Shown here one piece after another: positions 1 to 11,430 of a stretch of DNA of 64,000 nt (its first letter is position 1; each line of letters starts with the position of its first letter). Source of the DNA: Monocercomonoides exilis PA203. Its lineage: Eukaryota > Protista > Preaxostyla. Below the pieces are notes generated by a model. The model was not told the DNA's origin and did no database searches. It saw nothing but the letters and a program-made list of their open reading frames with translations. Made by a program: the position numbers and the translations under genes. The DNA is taken from NCBI GenBank assembly GCA_001643675.2, contig LSRY02000027.1, positions 248,001 to 312,000 on the forward strand. The letters are read 5' to 3'.

Positions 1-2
1 TT

Positions 3-332
3 CTGGACTTCAACAAAGGACTTCCACTTCTAATTGGGCTGAAAAGGCGTCACCCGAAAGAAGTCGAGAAAATACTCAGGTTCTGCCTCGAAAACAATTT
101 GAATGTTGATGTCAATGCATCTGATGGAAGCGAGCACTTGTTGTACGTTGCGACTAAACAGGGGTACTCTTCGATTGTTTCACTACTCCTTTCTTTCCGT
201 AACATTGACATTGGTAAGAAAACAAGCCCAAAAGCATATACTGCACTGCAAGCTGCGATATCGATGAACAACAATGAGATAGCTTCTCTTTTGCGTGGAA
301 AAGAATCTTCATTTGCTCCCTCTGAGAAATAA
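3..332 (+). CDS. Ankyrin-repeat protein, 3' end (begins before the window)
   Basis: Frame open from nt 3: LPLLIGLKRRHPKEVEKIL...VDVNASDGSEHLLYVATKQGYSSIVSLLL...TALQAAISMNNNEIASLLR. These are ankyrin-like TxLH/LxxA...G...V.LLL units. Ends TAA. Confidence 0.8.
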   Translation: MDFNKGLPLLIGLKRRHPKEVEKILRFCLENNLNVDVNASDGSEHLLYVATKQGYSSIVSLLLSFRNIDIGKKTSPKAYTALQAAISMNNNEIASLLRGKESSFAPSEK

Positions 333-1372
333 ACACATAAACATGGTTAGAAAGAGGACCAGATTTTGCTGCGTGGGATGTTATTTGTTAAATTTTATAA
401 TGATTTTTGTTTTGTATTATCATTGTTACCACTTTATATTTTGCAACATGTTTTGATTGCTTTGTAATTGCTTTTGTGACTAAGAATTTGACTGGATTTT
501 TGTGAATAATTTTGAATATAACAATTTTTCGGTTTAGGATTGTTTAAAGGATGCTTTAATTTAATTGGTTGAGTTGTCTTTCAAAAATATTTATTTAATT
601 ATAAACTCAAACATTGAGCAGAAAAAAGAATTATACTTTTGACAGCCAAATGGAAGATTTATATTTGCGGAAATTTTTCATTTTTTCCTTGTTCGCTTCG
701 AGTTTTATTGATGCATTCTTCGTTATCTTAATCTTTAATCATTTGAGTGAATTCTCTTTGGATGATTTATCTGAATTAAACATTTTCATCAGTTTCAGTT
801 CTTTTATGTTTTCATTTTTCATTTCAACGTTTTGTTCAAATATTTATTCAAATTTTTCAAAAGTTATATTTCTTTAATTGGTAATCTAAAACAACTGGAT
901 CCGTTTCAATGAAGCGAATTAATTCATAAGTATTTTTCAATTATTCATTAGCAGTTGCAAATCAGTTCGGAAAAATGCGAACATGATCTTGCAAACTTTT
1001 ACTAATTAATTTTTTAATTCAAAGGTCAATATCTTTCTAAATGCTGAAAGATAAAAAAGAAGAAGAAATGCTTTTCGTTCATTGGTAGTGGGGAAGACTT
1101 TTCATTTCAAATACTCAGAAGTTTGTTGAGAAATAAAATAACAAAAAAAAAGAAAACCATTTCAAAGCAACACAAACGCAACTAACTTTTCTTGAAGATG
1201 ACATTTTGTTAAAAATGAAATCAATAGAAGAAATCAACTATTAATTCCAACTGATTTTCATTCTTTTTTATTCAAGAATTTTGTTAAAATCACTTCAATT
1301 AAACGTCAACAAGAGAGATACATGGACGGAATGTGTGAGAGTGAAATAAAAATATGAAAAAGCTGATTATAT

Positions 1373-2799
1373 TCAAATGTTCACAAAATAATCTGCAATA
1401 TTTTTTGCAAGTCTAGAAAAATAGCAACTGTTTAAATAATCAAATTTTTTATGAAAGCTTGCAATGGCATCTTCGTATCCTTCTTCTTCCATCTTGTCTA
1501 GTGTCTCCTTTTTTATAACTTTTCTTTTCGCTTCATCTGTTTCATTAGCCATCTTACTCTTCAAACTTATTGAAGTTTCCAAAAAGAATCTCATGCAGCC
1601 ACATGAAATTTCATCATTCAAAGTTGATTGCTGAATTTCCCACAAAGCAAAACCAAAAGCGCCTCCTTTCAGAAAGTAATCTGCAATAACTGAAAGTTGT
1701 AATTGTCTCATCATCTCAGCGAAGATATCAAAGCACTTTTTCACAATTTCTGCATATGTGTCTCTTGCTGCCCAATACAGCCTTATTATGCATTCAATTA
1801 AATCAACGCATTCATTTTTATCGGATCTGCAATCACAAAAGTTAACGGAAATTAAACATTGCCATCTTTTTAAAATTCGAATTTCTTTTGTTTCTTTCTG
1901 TCCCTTTTCTTTCTTCCAATTCACGTATTTTGTCAACTCTTCTAGCTCGTTTGTTGCTTCTTTCACAAAACGCAGCTCGTTGACAACAGCACGTTTCAAA
2001 TTATTGTTATTATATAACCTTTCTATTAAAAACTGCCAAGCAGACTGATACGCAAGCCAGGTCAGATTGTGATGCTCTTGATGGTATTGGATAATTTCTT
2101 TAATCTCATTCAAAAACATTTCTTTTTCTATTACCTTTTTAAAAGCATAAATTTAATCAATATGTAAAAACTCAAGAGAATTCATACCTCAAAAGAATAA
2201 ATGCAATTCAGCGTTATCAAAGCCATTTCCACCTCTCTTTGAGCTTCTTTGCTCCTCTCCTTGTTTAAAGCCACTTTCAGAAGGCATGGCACACAAACAT
2301 CCAATAATTCCTTTGGCATTTCATATTCTTGCGGCATTGCATAGCATTCGCAAAGATCAACAAGAAGCATTTCATTCTTTTTCTCTTTTTTCCTTTCTTC
2401 TTCTTTCATCATCTTCTTTATCATTTTGCGCAATAAAGATAAGTGGTAATCCTCATTCCAAATTCTTTTCAGTAAAGTGCAATATTCAATGCGCTTCAAC
2501 AACAAAATTGCATTCCCCATTGATAATTTCTTTTTTTCAATCATTTCATAAATTTTGTCGAATATTTCTTTTGACAAAACACTTTCAAATTCATCTTCAC
2601 TAATTTCATCAATCAGTTCATTCATTTCTTCGATTTTCTGCTTTTGTTCATCTTCTGTGAATATCCTTAAATCATTGAGCAAATCTGAAAATTCGTCGAT
2701 TACGTTGTGCTGAATCTGCTACAAAAAATTGAAAAATGAGCAAACATAAAAACTTTTCCTTTGGGGGTATCTCTCGATTTTCTTCTTCGTATTTTCCAT
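1373..2799 (-). CDS. Hypothetical alpha-helical protein of a large Monocercomonoides-type expanded family (multi-exon)
   Basis: ORFs 2182-2682 and 1373-2119 join in frame via a 53-nt GT-AG intron (2135-2187). Motifs DEQKQKIEEMN, CVPCLLKVAL, YHQEHHNLTxLAYQSAW, KMEEEGYED and the terminal DYFVNI are recalled as typical of this family. The first exon and start are uncertain. Confidence 0.8.
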
Positions 2800-2979
2800 C
2801 AACGAATTCTTTCATTCTATTTATTTAAAGTGCAATACATTCGCAACGAATATACCCAATAATTAAGCAAAACCAAATAAATATCAAACATCATTCACGA
2901 TCCACAAGTTGAGAAGGTTACCGTATCTATCCACATTGCTTTGTTTTATAAAAAAAGATTTAGAAACAATTTCTATGAA

Positions 2980-4460
2980 AGCAGCCTGATATGGCCGAAT
3001 GAAGCTAGAAAAGCCAGTTTTTTGTTTTTTGTTGATCAAACCAACAAATATTCATCAAAAACAAATGGAGAATTGCCATTCGTTTCATGATGCTCCACGA
3101 AATTGATTTCTTCCCCTTTTGGAACAGAATTTATTCAAGATATAGAAATGGAATTTGATGGAAGAAAACAACTGCAATCAAGCAAAAGGATTGAGAAGAA
3201 AATTTTCATGACTATTTTGAGTTATTGATTCTTTTGTCAAATACAAAAGAACAGCTAATGTTTGCGTTCTTGAAGGACCTCGTTGGTTGTATTATTTAAC
3301 AATTTCTAATTTCATTCAAAAGGATTCAAATGATTGTTAAAAACAAAAGAAATGAAAAATGTCAAAATCGAAATAGAAAGACATATTCGTTATTTTAAGT
3401 CAAGATAATTCGAATGACGTAAGAACAAGTCAAATTTTTACAAATGCTATTGCATTTTATACGTTCAGGAAATATTCAATTTGTTTAATGAAAAAAAATT
3501 ATGAAGTCCAGCGCAAACAACAAACAAACTGAGTTCCATGAATGATGAAATGCAGATCATGGAGATATTCGACCTTTTTAAAGTGAATCTATTAAACTCG
3601 TCTGAGAGCAAAATCCGTTGCATTCAGTTGAAAGGAAATTCAACAAGCTCAACGAAAAGGGAAAAATATCTTCTTGATAAATGCAGAAAATTCGCAAACC
3701 AATCGCATTTTTTCAGTCACCAGTATAAATGAACCTTTGCAAATGAAAGAAATCAATCCATCATTTTTGTTCTTGCTTTGATGGAACGAAGAGAACGAAA
3801 TACAATTTGTTTTATGTGATGATGTGGTTTTTAATTCAGATAATTCATTCGAACAAATTTTGAAAACGATGCGGATCCAATCTCTTTTTTGTCTTCTTCT
3901 TTGGTGCATTCAATACGGACATTATATTTTCTATCTTGTAATAAGACAAACCAGCGAATATCACCTCTTCATTAACCTTGGTTTACATTTCTAAAAGCAA
4001 CTTTTTATTAATGGTTTCGTTCATTCCTCTTCAATGCAAGCAGTTTATGTCCAACAAAATGAAACAAGAGAAGATGGGTGCTTTGAGATTTTTCGTCAAG
4101 AATTCATTCAGTTACATATTTCTTTGAAAAAGAGTTGGAGCAAGCAATTCAGCGATTATGATGTTAAAGAAATGCAGAACATTTACTGTAAAAGATTTTT
4201 ACACAAAGATGAATGAAGAAAACACGAAAGAAAAAAGAAGACAGATGAAATTGGATAATCTTCATTTTAGGTGGAAAGAGAAGAGAAGAAGCATTTCAGA
4301 ATAAGAAATATGACAGCAATGGTATCCCTCAAACATCAAATCTTCATTTTGTGCAAATCCTTCAATTCGTCATGCCTTGTCCGCTATTGCAAAAAAAAGA
4401 TAATTTCGGAAATGAAATGATGATTTCAATAAAGGAAGTGCATCTCGAAGAATCGTGATG
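2980..4460 (+). pseudogene. Possible heavily decayed hAT-like transposase remnant
   Basis: Fragment FVKYKRTANVCVLEGPRWLYYLTISNFIQK (~3235-3320) resembles APTFVSTRWLSLSNISSFIRK of the hAT at 14.7 kb. PFVS*CSTKL resembles PFHVYCCNLKT, and VMPC...IISEMK (~4370-4415) resembles VSPC..CERIISRMK. Many stops and frameshifts. Confidence 0.35.
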
Positions 4461-6046
4461 TTTTCGGTCATATACTCCAGTGGTTGTTTTCTTAAGATTC
4501 TAACCCAATAAAAGCTGAAAAGTATTTCCATAATATGAAAATAATCATATTCAGAAGAGAGAGCAATATCAAAATGTGACATGTTTCACAACTTAAAAAT
4601 GTGATTTAAATCATAAAAATGGAAAATTTTCATCGATGAACCAGGAGTGTTCGAAGGTAAAATCTCTTTTTTCATTGTCATTGATTTTTGCTTCAGCTGT
4701 GCAGAGTGAGTACTTGAGCTGGGGTGAAGGAGTAACTAAAAAAGGCAAGGGAGGCGTCTTGGAATATGGCAAAGCCATCAAGGCAATTGCCTGCATCAGA
4801 GCCTGCAATCTGTTGTGATCTGCCTCAGCCATTTGCATTAGCATCATTATTGGAGATGCTTTGTTTTTAGCGATGAGTTAGAGCCTGTTGTATTTCACAT
4901 AGCTTGTTTCCATTCTGCAGTTTCGTGCTCTGTTAGAGTTGCTGAGTTGCATGGAGTGATTCTGTTTCCGGTGAAGAATGAATGAGATCCTCTGTTATTT
5001 GTTGCATATTTTCCTCGAAGATGAAAAATGAATATGTTATCTTCCTCATCAAGTTGTTTGAAATTGGTTTTCATATTATAATTTCATGTCCACTTAACAT
5101 TTTTTCGTAATTTTTTATTTATCTGAAAATTTTCAATCTGTCATATGACTGTTCTTCGTGAGTGCTTGACGAATTATTTGATTAAAGAGAAAAAAAGGAC
5201 TTTTTTCATCAATTTTCAAAACGAAAAATTTGCATTGCACATGTTATAAAGAAAATCTTTTCACATTTTTGAACAAAACTTATAAGTTTTGTTTTAGCAA
5301 TTACAAAATAATCGAATCAAACTCAATTTTTCATTGTTTCATTTTTAAATAAGAAAACTAGCCGTTAAAAAATTTGAATAAGATTCATAAAATATTCATC
5401 AAAGCATTGAATTTCATTAAACACAATGCGATAGTTATAAAATAAAAGTCAATAATATCCCAATAAATGAAAAATATCACAAGAAAAATGTTGCAGATTA
5501 ATCCAAATTTTGAATATGAATTTTCAAACTATCAACGAAAACCACTCTAAATATCACCAAACATCATACTAATTATTTGTGAAATATTGAAAGCATTGAA
5601 CTTTTAAAAATGATATCAAATAGAATAAAAAGTCAAATATAGCATGAGCTAATAACAGAAATCACACTTATTGAATGCATCATTCAATTTTAAAGGAAAA
5701 AAAAAAGAAATCATTTGAATTTGATTCATAAAACTCAGATTACTCATATAAACTGATCATATTCTCATTTTATCATGCATGTGCATGTTTTGATGGATAT
5801 ATCTGAAAATATTTGTAACTACATAAAATCCAATCAAAAGATAAAAATTAACAGCTTTTCAGAAATTTGTAAAAAAGGATAAAATAAAAGAAATGCAAAA
5901 CCAATATTTAAACAGCTTTCTAAACCTTTAAGATTTTTAGTTAAATAAAGAAAATTTAACGTTGAAAATGGCAATATCTCTTTATCAAAAAATTATAGCA
6001 GAGATGAACAACAAATCATCAATAAACAATTCAAAATGATTATAAT

Positions 6047-6080
6047 AATTAAAATTAAATTAAATTAAATTAAATTAAAA
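6047..6080. repeat. (ATTAA)n pentanucleotide microsatellite
   Basis: aattaaaattaaattaaattaaattaaattaaaa. Confidence 0.85.
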
Positions 6081-6209
6081 ATTTAAAAAACAATACTTTT
6101 ATTTCAAATAACAGCGTTTTTGCTCAAAAAATTAAAAAAATAAACAAACTTTAATAAATAAGTGGAAAGTTCTTTGATAATATGAATATATTTTTTTAAG
6201 AGGGTTTAT

Positions 6210-9200
6210 TTAATCCTCCATGCAAGGCTCTTGGCTGTCAAAAGGAATGTGGAATTCACTTTTAACAGTGATTGAAGAATACATGGAATTCATAGAATAC
6301 TCTGATTTGTAGAGCAGAGGCTCATTTTCTGTGAGTTGTGTTTTCAGCCTTTTGATTTTTTTTGTGTAATTCACAACAATAACAGCACTTACTATTATCA
6401 AAACTGCAGTAACACATGCAATTACAGCAATTGCCCAGACAGGCATCTTCTCGGGATCTGACTGTTTGTTTGGATAAGTGTATATCGTGAAGATTTGTAT
6501 TCGTTCTTGAAGTTTCTCAGATTTCCAATACAGCAACGTGACTGTGAGTGAAGTGCCTTTATCCATATCGTCAATCGTTTTGCGAGAGATAATTCCTTCT
6601 GCATATGTTTCGTTTATATGCTTTGAAAACTCTAACACTTGATTGTATTCTGTGTTCTTTGATGTGAAATTGACCTCAAATGTCAAATTGCATGGCATAA
6701 GTTTTTCTCCATTAAAGATAATAACCGGATTAGCATCAGAAGATATAAGCTCAACCGAATTGAGTGTTGGCTTAAATAAAAGGGGAAACTCGTCCGTAAT
6801 TGCTGCTCCATTCACTTCGCAGTTGTCGCGCTGCATCCAAAGTGATGAGCCTGTTTCCACTCCATCCCCGCTCTTCAATTTCTTCACCGACAGGCTGCTA
6901 TCAATGCATCTAATGTTGTGTAATGCAGAAGGAAAGCCCTCAAATTTTGGTGAATTAAGACTGAATGAGCAATCATCTATGTTTGTATTTGTATCCAAAA
7001 TATACAATCCACCAACAGAGCACGAGTGAAATGAAACGTTTTGAAGATTCAATTGCGATCTTGCTGCAAATAATGCGCCAGTCTTCCATTTGCATGGAGT
7101 TGGTGGGTCTCCATTGAATATCATTTTTGAGTTCCTTGAAGATGAATCGTAATACAAGTCACTGTTCAACGTTTCAGAAAAATACAAAGGTGAAAATCTG
7201 TTTGATACGATAATTTCTGTGTTTGTTAAGATGTTTTCATTGAACTGAGACTCAGACTGATGGCGAATCTCAGAAAATTCCCCTTGATCAAATGTTATGG
7301 AACAATTATCAACATTAACAGCAGATCCAAGGCAGAAGCTAACAAAGCAATCCTTTATGGATATCATCGTTATACGTACAGGCACTCCTAAACGACTTAA
7401 AATAATGAGCCCTTCAGAATGCGGTCCGGCATCAATTTTATTGAAAGTAAAAGATGTTAAATTGATGGAGCTATCATCCTTTTCCAGAGGATAGATTAAA
7501 TTCCTTGATTCAGAATTGTCGTTTGAAAAATTCGAATTAGTGGTTAAACGCCCAATCTTAAGAATCGTTCCATCATTCAGAGAAACATCTAAAACTTCAA
7601 GATGATCAATTGAAATTGATCTTTCATCAGAATAGCCTCTGTCCATTATTTTTATCATTTCCTTTCCAGTAGAATTCGATTTAAGTGAAACATCGAAAAT
7701 GCGTGCCGATGAAATATTGACGGATGTTTTGACGCCTACGTCAATCACTCCATCTTCAAAATCAAGCTCATTAATGCGAATATTTGCAGCATAAAAGGAG
7801 CCTCCACCAATTTTAATTAATGTTGGACCAATAACAGCATTTCCATTGCTTGATTTTTCTGAGTTGAACTCACATGAATCAAAGGAAAGATTTCCTTCTT
7901 TCATGTATATGAAAACATTATGATCCGTCTGAAAATGCAACGGAAAGAAAAAAGCAATCCGATCCATTTGTATCATTAAAGAACATTCAAATACTGCATC
8001 ATTACAAGCCGAAGATTGTATTGTGGAATTTACGGATATATTCGCCATCGAACTTAATACACGCTGCGATAGTCCAGCATTTGTTAATCTGATATCGTTG
8101 GAGAGAAGTGCGCTATCAACAATGGAAAGCATACCAAAATCTGTGAGGGAAAGATGACTCGCTCCTTTCTCGAGTGAAAAACATGGATTTTCCAGCTCAC
8201 CACAGTTTTGATCGTCTTTGCTTGTTTCAGATACGTACACATTTGTAAACCGTGTGTATGCATATAATTTAATTGCATCTACAATTTCCGTTTCTCCTTC
8301 ATTCATTGCCGCAATTGAAAATTCTTCTTTGACTTTCGCAGCGTCGAGAGGGAAAAGTATGTCATTCAATTGAGTTTTATAGTCCTGACAAAATAAAAAT
8401 GCCAATGAGCCATTCTTTGCACTATTTGAAGAACTTTGTATAAGGTTAAATGTCATCGAAGCCAGTTTTGAAATGGAACCTCCGTGTAGCGTCATGTCAA
8501 TATATATCACACCTCCATATCCGTTATTTGAGCAGAAACAATTGGAAAAATTAGTTCTAATGAAATAGCATCCAAAATTATTGTCAATTGTTGTGCTAAT
8601 AACACCACCTTTCATTGAATTTCTATTTCCGCTATTTGTAATTGAAGAATTGATAAAGTTCATTCCTTTGGATATATGTGATGTTGTTGCCTTTCCCATA
8701 TCTGATACGAATGCTGCTGCTAGTCCGGAATCTCCATTGTCCGTTCGCTGTAAATCATCAATAGTGACGTTTTCAAGACTAATTAAACCAGTGTGATCAG
8801 AACGCTCAAAAAAAGAAGTTCCTTCAAAAGAAAGGTGTGTTATTTCACATGAGTGAAGCCTAAATTCTGCTTCACAACTGGAAATAAGAAGCGGTCTGGA
8901 CCTTAAAGAATCGAAGAAATCATTGCAAGTTGGACAAAAATCATGTGACAAGAAATGCGCTGGAAATTCCGAAGTGAAAAGTATATCGTTTAAAAAAATG
9001 TAAATAAGCTTTTCCATGTTTGTAACTTCAAAAAGAGTAAGTGAAGAACTTGCTTGTGACGATTTATTTCTAAAAAATGTGAGGTGTTGAAATATCGCTT
9101 GTATTGTTTCTCCTGTAATCACGAAGAGAGAAGATGATTGGTGTTCGGGACTAATTCCTTGTGTAGTATCGATAACAGTTCCTTCATTATCTCTTCCACT

Positions 9201-11111
9201 TATATATATAATTGAATGATCAATTACAATAGGCCGAGTTTCTTTTGTCAGAATGCTGGCGTTTGTTTTTATTATAACATGAAATGCTGGAAACCTTTGC
9301 TTAACTGCGAAATAAATCGTTTCACAAGGATACTGACCTATTGCTCCGCATACTTCTTCCTTGTCTTCTGCATCAGAACCGCCCACTATTCTGTTTTGAA
9401 ATCTTGTTAGATAGCTACTGATGTTAGCTATTGTGAAATCAGCCTTTTGGAGAAGAGCAGACTGAAAAACCCAACTAGTGCTACAATGAGAAAAAATAGT
9501 TTCATATTCTTGCAGTACATTGTAGGAATCAACAATAAAAACATCTGTCGCATCATCAGGTGAATACTGATTAGCTGAATTTGTTTCAAAAAAACAAGTG
9601 AAAAAAAGCGATTGATCAGATTTTTTCATATGGCCACTGCCCAACGACCAGTAACAGCCGGCTGCATAATCTGCTCTACAACTGCAAAAGTAACAATTAG
9701 ATGCAACAGGTTGTTGACTTATGTTTGCATTGCTAACATAGCATCCACCTCCTGAACTTTTCACAAATCCAGCGCATGTGCAAGATTGAAAAAAGCAAGA
9801 AAACATCAAATAAAATCTTGGATCTTCCCCGTTATATGCACAAACAATTGAAAAATCAGAAGCATGCTTGCATAAAAAGGATGTTGTATTGATCTCTGTG
9901 TTTTCGTCGGCTAATGATGATGATGATGAACCCACTTCAACAGGATCACCGCCAAGCACATTTGCAACAAATAAGCCTGCTCCTTGCTCTTTGCACCTGC
10001 AATCAGAGAAATTGGTGTTGGAAAATTGTGTCCTTCTCGATGTCATGAAAACAAAAGCACCTCCTCCATTGCCTTCAGTTGCTCTGCACTCCAAGAACGT
10101 TGAATGATTAACCTCGACTGTGTCCACAGCACCTAAAAATATTGCTCCTCCATCACGAGAAGCTGAGCATTCATCGAATGAACACCGATCCAAAACAATT
10201 TTCACAGAAGTGCGATTAAATGAAAAAAGAGCGCCTCCGCAAGAGGAAGGTTCGTCAGCAGGAAGAGAAGTATCATCAACATGACATTCCTCAAAAGAAT
10301 CGTCAGTAAATGTATTTGTTGTTTGTTGAGTTAAAACAATTTGATTATTATAAATCTTGTTAGCATACGAACTTTTAAGTCGGGTGCAATGGCAAAAAGT
10401 ATTGTTTGAGGAATGCAAATTCCAGCCATCATAACAGAAACCATGAACAAGTGATCCATACAGATAATTATCGACTGAAGATAAAGAATTGCAATATAGC
10501 TTCGATGAATGAAAAAACTTATCGAAGCAAATTAAAGATGGAAATTGAATGTTTTCGTCTTTTCGTAATGAGGTGAAATTTTCGAACAATGAAGAAGCAA
10601 CTGTCTCTTCACAACGACAGCCTTGAGAAACAAATGTGGAATAAATTGGAAAGGCAACTAAGATGGAAGAGGCAAACGTTGATTCAAGAAACACCTCGGC
10701 AGTTGAAGATGTTGCTTCCACGAGGCTGCTCATTGAATTCAAAGCGTTAAAAAATGAAAATGAAACATAAAAAAAATGCACGCTGCCCGATGAATTCACG
10801 ATTGGTCTCGAATTCAATGAAGCAAATGTAAATGTGTGCCATTTGACAACTATTGTTGATTGTGAATCTAATGAAGCTAACGCATCAAAAGAATGATGAT
10901 AAGTTTTGAGATTAAATAACGTAACGGACGAGTTTTTAATAGAAAATAAATAAGAGTCAGAATTTTTGTTTTTAAGCTCATGTGAAGATGATGATAAAGC
11001 ACTTCCAATTATTGTCAAATCAGTATTTTGTTTGTTGAAATCATAACAATGTTGCGAAAATGCAAAGAAATATGTATGCATCATAAAAAACATAGCGCAT
11101 AGAAATGGCAT
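6210..11111 (-). CDS. Type I membrane protein with polymorphic-membrane-protein/pectin-lyase-like beta-helix repeats (1633 aa, intronless)
   Basis: Hydrophobic N-terminus. Repeated FxxC...GGA motifs (FEECH..CGGALF, FDECSA..DGGAIF, FLECRA..NGGGAF, FSNCFC..YGGVIY) and CG...PC.(T/S) modules. C-terminal TM WAIAVIACVTAVLIIVSAVIVV followed by a short tail. Confidence 0.85.
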   Translation of the reverse strand: MPFLCAMFFMMHTYFFAFSQHCYDFNKQNTDLTIIGSALSSSSHELKNKNSDSYLFSIKNSSVTLFNLKTYHHSFDALASLDSQSTIVVKWHTFTFASLNSRPIVNSSGSVHFFYVSFSFFNALNSMSSLVEATSSTAEVFLESTFASSILVAFPIYSTFVSQGCRCEETVASSLFENFTSLRKDENIQFPSLICFDKFFHSSKLYCNSLSSVDNYLYGSLVHGFCYDGWNLHSSNNTFCHCTRLKSSYANKIYNNQIVLTQQTTNTFTDDSFEECHVDDTSLPADEPSSCGGALFSFNRTSVKIVLDRCSFDECSASRDGGAIFLGAVDTVEVNHSTFLECRATEGNGGGAFVFMTSRRTQFSNTNFSDCRCKEQGAGLFVANVLGGDPVEVGSSSSSLADENTEINTTSFLCKHASDFSIVCAYNGEDPRFYLMFSCFFQSCTCAGFVKSSGGGCYVSNANISQQPVASNCYFCSCRADYAAGCYWSLGSGHMKKSDQSLFFTCFFETNSANQYSPDDATDVFIVDSYNVLQEYETIFSHCSTSWVFQSALLQKADFTIANISSYLTRFQNRIVGGSDAEDKEEVCGAIGQYPCETIYFAVKQRFPAFHVIIKTNASILTKETRPIVIDHSIIYISGRDNEGTVIDTTQGISPEHQSSSLFVITGETIQAIFQHLTFFRNKSSQASSSLTLFEVTNMEKLIYIFLNDILFTSEFPAHFLSHDFCPTCNDFFDSLRSRPLLISSCEAEFRLHSCEITHLSFEGTSFFERSDHTGLISLENVTIDDLQRTDNGDSGLAAAFVSDMGKATTSHISKGMNFINSSITNSGNRNSMKGGVISTTIDNNFGCYFIRTNFSNCFCSNNGYGGVIYIDMTLHGGSISKLASMTFNLIQSSSNSAKNGSLAFLFCQDYKTQLNDILFPLDAAKVKEEFSIAAMNEGETEIVDAIKLYAYTRFTNVYVSETSKDDQNCGELENPCFSLEKGASHLSLTDFGMLSIVDSALLSNDIRLTNAGLSQRVLSSMANISVNSTIQSSACNDAVFECSLMIQMDRIAFFFPLHFQTDHNVFIYMKEGNLSFDSCEFNSEKSSNGNAVIGPTLIKIGGGSFYAANIRINELDFEDGVIDVGVKTSVNISSARIFDVSLKSNSTGKEMIKIMDRGYSDERSISIDHLEVLDVSLNDGTILKIGRLTTNSNFSNDNSESRNLIYPLEKDDSSINLTSFTFNKIDAGPHSEGLIILSRLGVPVRITMISIKDCFVSFCLGSAVNVDNCSITFDQGEFSEIRHQSESQFNENILTNTEIIVSNRFSPLYFSETLNSDLYYDSSSRNSKMIFNGDPPTPCKWKTGALFAARSQLNLQNVSFHSCSVGGLYILDTNTNIDDCSFSLNSPKFEGFPSALHNIRCIDSSLSVKKLKSGDGVETGSSLWMQRDNCEVNGAAITDEFPLLFKPTLNSVELISSDANPVIIFNGEKLMPCNLTFEVNFTSKNTEYNQVLEFSKHINETYAEGIISRKTIDDMDKGTSLTVTLLYWKSEKLQERIQIFTIYTYPNKQSDPEKMPVWAIAVIACVTAVLIIVSAVIVVNYTKKIKRLKTQLTENEPLLYKSEYSMNSMYSSITVKSEFHIPFDSQEPCMED

Positions 11112-11430
11112 CTATGTTTGCAGATATGGAGATGAGTATTTTTTTTTATTTAACGTAAAAACACAACGAATATAAATTGATCATACATATGTAATAAATG
11201 TTAATGTGTTGAAATATAAATAAAAAAGTTTTTATAATTAATAAATATATATGTAATGACAACAATCACTTAATGAAAATAAAAAAATTGGAAAGTGAAT
11301 AGTTTTTTTGTTTATTATTTTGTTCAGAGTTGAACACGGAAAACCAAACACGCTAATTCATGTGGGACGAAATCATTTGCTTTATGAATTTTGTTCCACA
11401 CAGCACTTTCAAAGATTTTCCTCAACTTTT

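Noticed and set aside
614-877. Small ORF or decayed gene fragment
   Set aside because: No recognisable motif. The composition is consistent with AT-rich non-coding or eroded sequence.
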